A DNA stretch of 23,515 nucleotides from NCBI GenBank assembly GCA_039794005.1, contig JBAMMA010000014.1, positions 1 to 23,515 of the forward strand. The letters run 5' to 3'. Each line of letters starts with the position of its first letter. The first letter of the stretch is position 1. Positions 1-6,916 of this stretch are shown piece by piece. Both the position numbers and the translations under genes were made by a program. The stretch comes from Thermoplasmata archaeon (GTDB lineage: Archaea; Thermoplasmatota; Thermoplasmata; Thermoplasmatales; ARK-15). The notes beneath the pieces were generated by a model that saw only the letters and a list, made by a program, of their open reading frames with translations, was not told the origin of the DNA and ran no database searches.

Positions 1-390
1 TTGAAAAATATATTGTTCGACAGCACAGCAATGTTCTTTATTCCTCTGTCTATTCCCAATACTTACACATCCTCTTTCTTCATCACTTCCTTATTAGGCA
101 TCTTTACCTGAACCATTAAGAACTAGCTTTTCTATAATTTCAATCTTGAACCCCGGTATTTGTATTCCTGAAAATTATGGATATGCGTTGATTCTGTGTT
201 CCATTCATAAAGGAGCATTCTCCTAATACCTGTATTAAAAATGCACGAATCCTACTTTCATCAACCATATCTTCCTTATGTTTTTAGATTCATTTAAATA
301 CTTTCAATGATCAGTTTCTAGATTTACATCTTCCCAAACCTTCAACATTCCTTTAAATTTTCTATCTAAGTTTAATTAATCTCCCTTATA
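1..390 (-). pseudogene. tnpB: Decayed IS200/IS605-family TnpB (RNA-guided endonuclease) remnant, running off the left edge
   Basis: Minus-strand translation of 62..1 gives VLGIDRGIKNIAVLSNNIFF, the RuvC-I motif typical of TnpB. The same frame upstream reads YKYRGSRLKL*KS*FLMVQVKMPNKEVMKKEDV* with in-frame stops at 132-134, 123-125 and 63-65. The 5' boundary is approximate. Confidence 0.75.
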
Positions 391-413
391 GTATTTGCAA
401 TTTTTTTTATATA

Positions 414-728
414 TCATGTATTTTTATTGATTTTATTGAGAATTTCAATATATTTTTTGTATGAAGATAATCCCTTTTCCGTTATTTCATATATTAATCT
501 GGGGCCTTTCAGAGAAAATACATGATATGATCTTATCAATCCGCTCTCCTCAAGAATATCCAGATTATTTTTTAAACTTCCCTTGCTCCCCTCAAGGTAT
601 TTATGCAATTTTGTAAATGTGATTTTGCCATTCATTGCTATTATTAAAAGAATGATTAATCTTGAGGTTGATTTCAGGGCCTTATCAGAAAGTAATTCCT
701 TAAAAGTATCTGTGTCTATTTCAGCCAT
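414..728 (-). CDS. Winged helix-turn-helix transcriptional regulator (ArsR/MarR-like)
   Basis: 104 aa; ITFTKLHKYLEGSKGSLKNNLDILEESGLI...PRLIYEITEKG wHTH pattern; overlaps the upstream gene, last in operon. Confidence 0.85.
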   Translation of the reverse strand: MAEIDTDTFKELLSDKALKSTSRLIILLIIAMNGKITFTKLHKYLEGSKGSLKNNLDILEESGLIRSYHVFSLKGPRLIYEITEKGLSSYKKYIEILNKINKNT

Positions 729-1404
729 TGACCGTATTCCCCCTGAGAGTTTTTATGCCGGATAAAATCCAAACTAACCCCGCAATAACCCAGATAATAT
801 ATGATATTATCTCAGTAATAATATAATCCCCGGATATTATATAAAAGTAATTTAAAATTATTGAGACAATATTGGCTAAAAAGAAAATGAAAAATGATAT
901 CTTCCATACTTTAGGTATGAAATCAAAAATCAGGAAAATTGAACGATATGCAAATAGTCCTATTAGCATTATTACAATATATAAAAAGACAATAAAAATA
1001 AAATAAAAAATCTGGTTATATGACAAATTAAAGATAAAAATTAATGTCAATATAGAATATATGGATATTAAAATAATAAAAAGATACCTGATAGTGTTCA
1101 TGTTTTTTTCAAGCATATTTTTCTTTCTAAAATAGATGCTGAAATCTTTGAAAATGGCAGTTTTTGAAAATATACTGTAATTTAAAAACGAACCTGTAAT
1201 AATTATTAACGGATATCCAGTCAAATAATATATCAATAAAAACTGTTTGTTTACTATGTAAGCCATTAACATATAGAGAACAATCACTATAAATATAGTC
1301 CCCCATAATATAAAATATCTGGAATATGCATCCCTGAGAATGTGGATCTGAATATTGTACGCATTTCTCCCGGCTTCAAAAATGTCCAGTTTGTCATCAG
1401 TCAT
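721..1404 (-). CDS. Hypothetical polytopic membrane protein (about 6 TM)
   Basis: 227 aa with several long hydrophobic segments; ATGA overlap with the permease stop. Confidence 0.75.
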   Translation of the reverse strand: MTDDKLDIFEAGRNAYNIQIHILRDAYSRYFILWGTIFIVIVLYMLMAYIVNKQFLLIYYLTGYPLIIITGSFLNYSIFSKTAIFKDFSIYFRKKNMLEKNMNTIRYLFIILISIYSILTLIFIFNLSYNQIFYFIFIVFLYIVIMLIGLFAYRSIFLIFDFIPKVWKISFFIFFLANIVSIILNYFYIISGDYIITEIISYIIWVIAGLVWILSGIKTLRGNTVNG

Positions 1405-2198
1405 GAAACCCTAGCCTCCTCAATACTGGACGCCCTTATCTTTGACAGGGAGTATATGCAGATTGGCATTAATAATATTAACCATGCAATTATCGATAAT
1501 GTGCATATAAAAACATTGATATGTGGAGAAAATGGATCGGTCAGTATTATCGACGGAGTCTTCTCTATAAATGAGTATGTAAAAATATAGGTAAGCGTTG
1601 TTATGAAATTTGAATATATGACGTATGACGGTAATTTTATGTACAGAATTGAATAGCTAAGCAACCAGCTTATTATCATGGGTATAAAGGATACAAATCC
1701 AACATTTTTCAATCCTAAATAATTGTTCATGATTATTACAAGTATCATTGAAAATGAATAAAAAATCATTCCTGAAATGAAAAATAAAATAACTGTCAGG
1801 ATTATGTTGTTTGGAAGAATGATCATATTGAATCTGATTGAAAAAAGTATTATTTCTATCAATTCAAGAATTGTACCCATGATGACAAAAAATGTACCTA
1901 TGGAAAACATGTTTTCCATATAATATTTAAATGGCTTCATCGAAGAATTCCTGAAAAGATATGCAAGTGATGATGATGCATAATATATGGAATATGATAG
2001 TGTAACGGATATTGAGGATATGGAAATTATTGAATCAAAAGCAAACCATATACCCGCATAATCTTTGAGATAATTTCTGTCTATGGAATTCCCCCAAACA
2101 AATACTCCGAGGAATAGCCAGATTGTGACATACAACAAACCCCAGAACCATACTGTTTTATTTTTAAGAAGTGTTTTAAGAATGTACTTAAAAAGCAT
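1401..2198 (-). CDS. ABC-2 type exporter permease
   Basis: About 6 TM segments, coupled to the ABC ATPase. The GTG at 2207 in the ORF track lies inside a GGTGA SD, so ATG at 2198 (or 2201) is the likelier start. Confidence 0.75.
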   Translation of the reverse strand: MLFKYILKTLLKNKTVWFWGLLYVTIWLFLGVFVWGNSIDRNYLKDYAGIWFAFDSIISISSISVTLSYSIYYASSSLAYLFRNSSMKPFKYYMENMFSIGTFFVIMGTILELIEIILFSIRFNMIILPNNIILTVILFFISGMIFYSFSMILVIIMNNYLGLKNVGFVSFIPMIISWLLSYSILYIKLPSYVIYSNFITTLTYIFTYSFIEKTPSIILTDPFSPHINVFICTLSIIAWLILLMPICIYSLSKIRASSIEEARVS

Positions 2199-2949
2199 CA
2201 TTATCACCCCACAGCTCTTCTATTGTTCTGAATGATGTTAAAGGAATTTCACCATTTCCTTCAGTTATGAAATATTTGTCTTTGCCAAGATTCACATATC
2301 CTAAAATTTTATCCGTATTCTTTTTACTGAAATAAATATCCTTTAAATCCACATTTCTAAATTCTCCAAAAATTCTTCCATTTATAATGAACGACAGTCC
2401 ATCAAAATTGAGTTGGTCTATCAGGTCAAGTTCATGCGTGATAAGCAAATAATTGCTTTTTTTTTCGTTCAGGTATTTAATAATTATACTTTTTCTTGAT
2501 GTATCTATTCCCTCAAACGGTTCATCCAGTATTATAAGATCTGCATTTATGTTCATGGCAATGGAAAAACCGAGTATTTTTGATTCACCCGTGGAAATAC
2601 TGTTAATTCTGTTATTCAGTATTCTCTCTACACGGAATTTTTTTATCATGGAATATATATTTTCCCTTTCAACAGAAAAGATATCCGAGTAAATGTTTAT
2701 TATATCCCTTACATCGGAATTTATCAGTTTGTAAACATCTATGAGATTCGTTGAAATTGATCTTACACCATTGGTCATTATTTTTCCATTATAATCTATC
2801 ATTCCTAGAATGCATTTCACAAGTGTGGTTTTGCCCGATCCATTCGGTCCTATAAGTATATGCTTTCCATCTTCTAAGGTATAATTTATATCATTAAGAA
2901 TAATCTTTTTTTTGTATTTTACTTCCAGATTCCTTAATTCGATTTTCAT
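2188..2949 (-). CDS. ABC transporter ATP-binding protein
   Basis: Walker A GPNGSGKT, variant signature ISTGESK, Walker B LIILDEPF, H-loop ITHE. Confidence 0.92.
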   Translation of the reverse strand: MKIELRNLEVKYKKKIILNDINYTLEDGKHILIGPNGSGKTTLVKCILGMIDYNGKIMTNGVRSISTNLIDVYKLINSDVRDIINIYSDIFSVERENIYSMIKKFRVERILNNRINSISTGESKILGFSIAMNINADLIILDEPFEGIDTSRKSIIIKYLNEKKSNYLLITHELDLIDQLNFDGLSFIINGRIFGEFRNVDLKDIYFSKKNTDKILGYVNLGKDKYFITEGNGEIPLTSFRTIEELWGDNDAF

Positions 2950-2990
2950 AATGAATTTAAATAATTTAAAACATAAATAATGTGAAAAAA

Positions 2991-3005
2991 GTTCAAAATT
3001 TGAAC
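2991..3005. promoter_or_regulatory. Palindromic candidate operator GTTCAAA-A-TTTGAAC
   Basis: Perfect 7-1-7 inverted repeat about 42 bp upstream of the ABC operon start, in the divergent intergenic region. Confidence 0.5.
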
Positions 3006-3113
3006 CTAAATTTTTAAATTTATAAAAATATAAAATTATTGCTTATTATAAAATTATTGATTGATACCAAAATTTTAATTTATTGAATTGAATTAACATA
3101 ATGGTGATATTCA

Positions 3114-3707
3114 ATGAAAGACATAGAAGAACTCGCAAAACACGCCTTGGAACTAAAACAAAAAGGAATGTCTGATAAAGAAATTGCTACTGAATTACAC
3201 ATTTCGACTCAAACTGTAGAATGGCTCTTATCAAGGGGTTTTGAAAAAAAGGTATCTGCTCCTAAAGACATTAAAATTGGATGGAGATCGATAGGAGTTT
3301 ATTCCTATAGAATTTCAAAAATAGCGGATATTTTTGCTGACATTGTTTTTGAAGAATTACAAAAAAGAAATACTGAAGCAAATTCTGTTGTTGGTATAGC
3401 AATAAACGGGATTCCTTTGGCTACCCTACTTTCTGACGCGTTAAATTATGAATTAATTATTTACAGACCTCAGCATGGAAATAATGAGGGTACATTTAGC
3501 TCCAATTTTGCAAATGTGGCCAAGAAAAATGTGATAATCGTCGATGATGTAATAAGTACTGGAGAAACTATGACAAAAGCAATTAGGGATATAAAGAAAA
3601 ATGGAGGTAATCCCCTATTAGCCTTAGTAATTGTAAATAAAACCACAAAGGATGAAATAGAGGGTGTACCTGTTAGGGCATTAATCAGGGCGAGGATAAT
3701 CGAATAA
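3114..3707 (+). CDS. gfcR: Orotate phosphoribosyltransferase-like protein with N-terminal HTH (GfcR-type regulator)
   Basis: N-terminal HTH (GMSDKEIATELHISTQTVEWLL), PKDIKIGWRSIG, PRPP-binding loop VIIVDDVISTGET; GGTGA SD at 3103-3107. Confidence 0.85.
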   Translation: MKDIEELAKHALELKQKGMSDKEIATELHISTQTVEWLLSRGFEKKVSAPKDIKIGWRSIGVYSYRISKIADIFADIVFEELQKRNTEANSVVGIAINGIPLATLLSDALNYELIIYRPQHGNNEGTFSSNFANVAKKNVIIVDDVISTGETMTKAIRDIKKNGGNPLLALVIVNKTTKDEIEGVPVRALIRARIIE

Positions 3708-3711
3708 AATT

Positions 3712-4212
3712 TTAATTATTCTTTTTCTTTGCAACATCTCCCAACGTCATAGATTCATTATTTTTATTGTTAAGATTTGTACCTGGATGGCTTGTTACTT
3801 TTTCCATTAATTTTATGTTGTAGAACTTTTCTAATTTTTTTATCATGTTCATATCGGGCTTCATTTCACCTCTTTCTATTTTAGATAATACATTTTTCTT
3901 CTCCTGCAATTTCTTGGCAGCTTCATCTAGAGTGAGATTCATAGAAAGTCTTGCATTTTTAATTCTTTCTCCATAATCCTCGACTAATACCAACTCATTA
4001 TCTAACATATCAATTTCACTCTTTTTCTCCTTTGGTTTTACTTCCTTTGTTTTATGTATATTTTTTGTGTAAATTGGTTGCACATTCTTTTTTTCCTCCT
4101 TTTCAATTGGAATCCCCAATTTAGCACATTCATCACAAACATTCATTATTGCACCTTCAATCAAAACCTTGTGTAATTTTGGCACATCTTTTCCACACAC
4201 CTCGCAAATCAT
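3712..4212 (-). CDS. mbf1: Archaeal multiprotein bridging factor aMBF1
   Basis: N-terminal Zn ribbon CEVCG...VCDEC, LVEDYGERIKNAR Cro-like HTH, C-terminal TLGD motif; GGTGA SD. Confidence 0.92.
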   Translation of the reverse strand: MICEVCGKDVPKLHKVLIEGAIMNVCDECAKLGIPIEKEEKKNVQPIYTKNIHKTKEVKPKEKKSEIDMLDNELVLVEDYGERIKNARLSMNLTLDEAAKKLQEKKNVLSKIERGEMKPDMNMIKKLEKFYNIKLMEKVTSHPGTNLNNKNNESMTLGDVAKKKNN

Positions 4213-4358
4213 AAACTCACCTTTTCATTAAAATTATAACAATTTAATTAATAAATGTTAACCAATTATCAATTAAATTTTATATTTAAGTTATATTAAT
4301 TGATTTATTCAAAAAATTTTTATTTTAATTTTTTCTTACATCTTTCTGGTGATATTTA

Positions 4359-4754
4359 ATGGCCATCATATTAAAGAAAAAGCCAATAAAACCTTCAGGC
4401 AGTTCAGAAAATGGAACAGAACCAAAGAAGTATATTGATTTGAATGATTTTAATTTTGGTGAGGAAAGTGGAGAATTCAAAACTGTAAGAATTGCAGAAA
4501 TATATAAATTTGAAGATGTTAAACCTTTGGAAGATATAATAAACAACGGTGATATTTTAATAATAGATTATACGCCTATCATGGATGATGAATTAACAAT
4601 GAGAAGGATAATAAGCGAATTGAAACAACTGGCAATTGATAGCGATGGAGATATAGTCAGTGTTGGAAAGAATTATATAATTGTAACACCTTCTGGAATA
4701 AAAATATCCAGAAAAAAGATAAGGGTAGAAAAGGGTGAAATTCAAGAAGCGTAG
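4359..4754 (+). CDS. sepF: Cell division protein SepF (archaeal type)
   Basis: YIDL, VRIAEI, GDILIIDY, GDIVSVGKNYIIVTPSGIKISR pattern; GGTGA SD upstream. Confidence 0.85.
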   Translation: MAIILKKKPIKPSGSSENGTEPKKYIDLNDFNFGEESGEFKTVRIAEIYKFEDVKPLEDIINNGDILIIDYTPIMDDELTMRRIISELKQLAIDSDGDIVSVGKNYIIVTPSGIKISRKKIRVEKGEIQEA

Positions 4755-5288
4755 ATGATACGTATGGTTGGAATTAGATTTGTCGGCAGTGGAGGGCAGG
4801 GTGTTATTCTAGCCGGTCAAATTTTGGGTAAAGCTGCAGCAATTTATGAAAGTAAGGAAGCTGTTTATACAGAAACATATGGTGCTGAGACAAGAGGAGG
4901 ATATTCATCATCAGCATTAATAATTTCAGATGAAAAGATAGATTATCCATACGTTTTAGAGGCAGACATTTTGGTTGCGTTTTCTCAAAAGGGATATGAC
5001 ATAGCAAAAAATACGTTGAATAAAAATGGAATTCTCATATATGAAGAGGATTTGGTTAAACCGGAAATGCATGAGAAGTCATATTCTATACCTGCAACGA
5101 AGTTGGTAAAAGAAAGATTTAACAAAACTACTTCGATGAACATGACTATGCTTGGATTTATTGTAAAAATTACAAACATAGTGAAATTTAACTCTCTTGT
5201 TACGGCAATTGCTGAAAGTGTTCCAAAGGGAAGCGAAAATGATAATATTGAGGCCGCAAAATTAGGGTTTGAATATAATAAAATTTAA
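4755..5288 (+). CDS. 2-oxoacid:ferredoxin oxidoreductase gamma subunit (KorC/PorG-like)
   Basis: IRFVGSGGQGVILAG, YGAETRGGYS, IDYP, ADILVAFSQ, NMTMLG motifs. Confidence 0.9.
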   Translation: MIRMVGIRFVGSGGQGVILAGQILGKAAAIYESKEAVYTETYGAETRGGYSSSALIISDEKIDYPYVLEADILVAFSQKGYDIAKNTLNKNGILIYEEDLVKPEMHEKSYSIPATKLVKERFNKTTSMNMTMLGFIVKITNIVKFNSLVTAIAESVPKGSENDNIEAAKLGFEYNKI

Positions 5289-5290
5289 AA

Positions 5291-5359
5291 TTTTTCGGAT
5301 CAGAACTCATAGGGTTCATCATGAATTCAGATGACCCTCTTCTCATCATCTCCGAAAAA
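5291..5359 (-). ncRNA. Archaeal box C/D methylation-guide sRNA
   Basis: Minus strand: stem TTTTTCGGA (5359-5351), G, box C ATGATGA (5349-5343), 12-nt guide GAAGAGGGTCAT, box D' CTGA (5330-5327), ATTC, box C' ATGATGA (5322-5316), 12-nt guide ACCCTATGAGTT, box D CTGA (5303-5300), stem TCCGAAAAA (5299-5291). All four boxes are consensus with canonical 12-nt spacers. Confidence 0.93.
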
Positions 5360-5361
5360 GA

Positions 5362-6540
5362 TCACATAAACATTTGTTGTGGAGGCTCCTTTACATTCTT
5401 GTTCTTTAACACCTTTTCTACTGCCTTATTGAAATCTTGAATTGTAACATAATCCCTGCCGTCCCTGATTGCAAACATTCCGGCCTCAATTGTAATTGCT
5501 TTAATGTCTGCTCCAGACGCACCTTCAGTATTATTTGCGAGATATTCGAGATCAACGTCCTTTAAATTCATTCTTCTGGTGTGTATCTTAAATATTTCAA
5601 GCCTTCCATCCTTGTTTGGCAGGGGAATCTCTATTATTCTATCAAACCTGCCCGGTCTAATGAGCGCCTCATCCAATATGTCCGGTCTATTTGTAGCTGC
5701 CATTATTTTAATGTTACCCAGAGGATTGAATCCATCCATTTCCGCCAGTAGTTGCATCAAAGTTCTTTGTACTTCTCTATCCCCGGATGTGGATAAATCA
5801 AGCCTTCTCGAACCAATTGCGTCCAGTTCATCTATGAATATTATCGAAGGTGCCTTTTCCTTTGCAAGCTGGAAGAGTTCCCTTACCAATCTGGCTCCTT
5901 CCCCAATATATTTTCTAACAAATTCTGATCCAACGACCCTGATAAATGTAGCATTCGTATGATGTGCAACTGCTTTGGCAATCAACGTCTTACCGGTACC
6001 TGGCGGTCCAACCAGAAGAACCCCTTTAGGAGGTTCAATACCTACCTTTTTGAATATTTCTGGCTTAATCAATGGAAGTTCAACGGTCTCCCTTACCTCT
6101 ATTAATTGTTGAGATAATCCTCCAATATCCTCATATGTTACATTTGGTTTTTCTTCAATCTCTGCCATAACTACTGAGGGATCATAGCTATCCTGTAACG
6201 TTTCAATGACGGCCAATGTTGTTTTATTCAAAGCCACCCTCATTCCAGGCTTTATCTTTTCATGGGGAATGTTTTCAGATATATTAACCACGAAAGATGG
6301 TCCTGTCGAACTTCTAACAACGATTTTATTATCTTTCAAAACATCTTCTATATATCCAATCAAAAGTGGTGGGGCCCTCATTCTGTTAAGCTCTCTTTTT
6401 AATTCATTAACTTCATATTGTAACCTCTTTAATTCCGATTCTAAATACTTTTTTTCACTTTCTAAAATTCTAATATGTTTTAAATATTCCTCTTTTTCAA
6501 TATCATATGATATACCTTCGTCTACATCGTCCTTGGCCAA
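5362..6540 (-). CDS. pan: Proteasome-activating nucleotidase (AAA+ ATPase)
   Basis: N-terminal coiled coil, [17 protein letters not shown] domain, Walker [15 protein letters not shown] pore loop, Walker [16 protein letters not shown]. The start is probably TTG at 6540, 5 nt after GGTGA (ORF track uses GTG 6549). Confidence 0.95.
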   Translation of the reverse strand: MAKDDVDEGISYDIEKEEYLKHIRILESEKKYLESELKRLQYEVNELKRELNRMRAPPLLIGYIEDVLKDNKIVVRSSTGPSFVVNISENIPHEKIKPGMRVALNKTTLAVIETLQDSYDPSVVMAEIEEKPNVTYEDIGGLSQQLIEVRETVELPLIKPEIFKKVGIEPPKGVLLVGPPGTGKTLIAKAVAHHTNATFIRVVGSEFVRKYIGEGARLVRELFQLAKEKAPSIIFIDELDAIGSRRLDLSTSGDREVQRTLMQLLAEMDGFNPLGNIKIMAATNRPDILDEALIRPGRFDRIIEIPLPNKDGRLEIFKIHTRRMNLKDVDLEYLANNTEGASGADIKAITIEAGMFAIRDGRDYVTIQDFNKAVEKVLKNKNVKEPPQQMFM

Positions 6541-6633
6541 ATGGATCACCTTTTTTCTATTATCCTTATTATTATATTTAATTTTTTGTTCGATTTTTTA
6601 AAATAATTTATGATAAATTTTTCTGGGCCATTC

Positions 6634-6648
6634 AAAAGGATTTATATA
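6634..6648 (+). promoter_or_regulatory. BRE/TATA promoter for the small protein-elp3 operon
   Basis: AAAAGGA followed by TTTATATA (6641-6648), 22 nt before ATG 6671, consistent with a leaderless transcript. Confidence 0.5.
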
Positions 6649-6670
6649 ATTGTTATTTTACATAATAAAT

Positions 6671-6916
6671 ATGCTTTTCGTCACCTTCATAAATTCTAAT
6701 CCCACCACATACAATAATTTAATAAACTTAATGAAAAAACTACATTTGCCAGATGGAGTTAGAGTGATAGGTAAATACGTACTGTTTGGAAAACCTGATG
6801 CTCTAATTATTTTCGAGGCTCAAAATGAAATAAATGCTTTAAAGTTTGTGGAGCAATTTGTATCTGTAGGGGATACACAAACACATTCTATATTGAATGT
6901 GGATGATATAAAATGA
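6671..6916 (+). CDS. Small GYD/Lrp-AsnC-ligand-binding-like ferredoxin-fold protein
   Basis: GVRVIGKYVLFGKPDALIIFEAQNE...VGDTQT pattern; ATG at 6671 fits the TATA spacing; ATGA overlap with elp3. Confidence 0.6.
   Translation: MLFVTFINSNPTTYNNLINLMKKLHLPDGVRVIGKYVLFGKPDALIIFEAQNEINALKFVEQFVSVGDTQTHSILNVDDIK

Noticed and set aside
4268-4304. Inverted repeat ATCAATTAA...TTAATTGAT between mbf1 and sepF
   Set aside because: Almost pure A/T with a long spacer in a very AT-rich gap; likely chance
4325-4546. 73-aa minus-strand ORF upstream of mbf1
   Set aside because: Mostly antisense to sepF, which has a clear SD and family motifs
5291-5359. Nested inverted repeats read as a simple bidirectional hairpin terminator or MITE
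   Set aside because: Four perfect C/D boxes with 12-nt spacers explain the sequence far better; a secondary terminator role is not excluded
5362-5376. PAN C-terminus MFM lacks the Tyr of the HbYX motif
   Set aside because: Phe variants are known in archaeal PANs, so this is not evidence of inactivation
5504-5962. 152-aa plus-strand ORF and the other antisense ORFs (e.g. 583-765, 6206-6601, 7797-8108, 8885-9235, 13600-13923)
   Set aside because: Shadows of well-supported genes on the opposite strand, with no recognisable motifs
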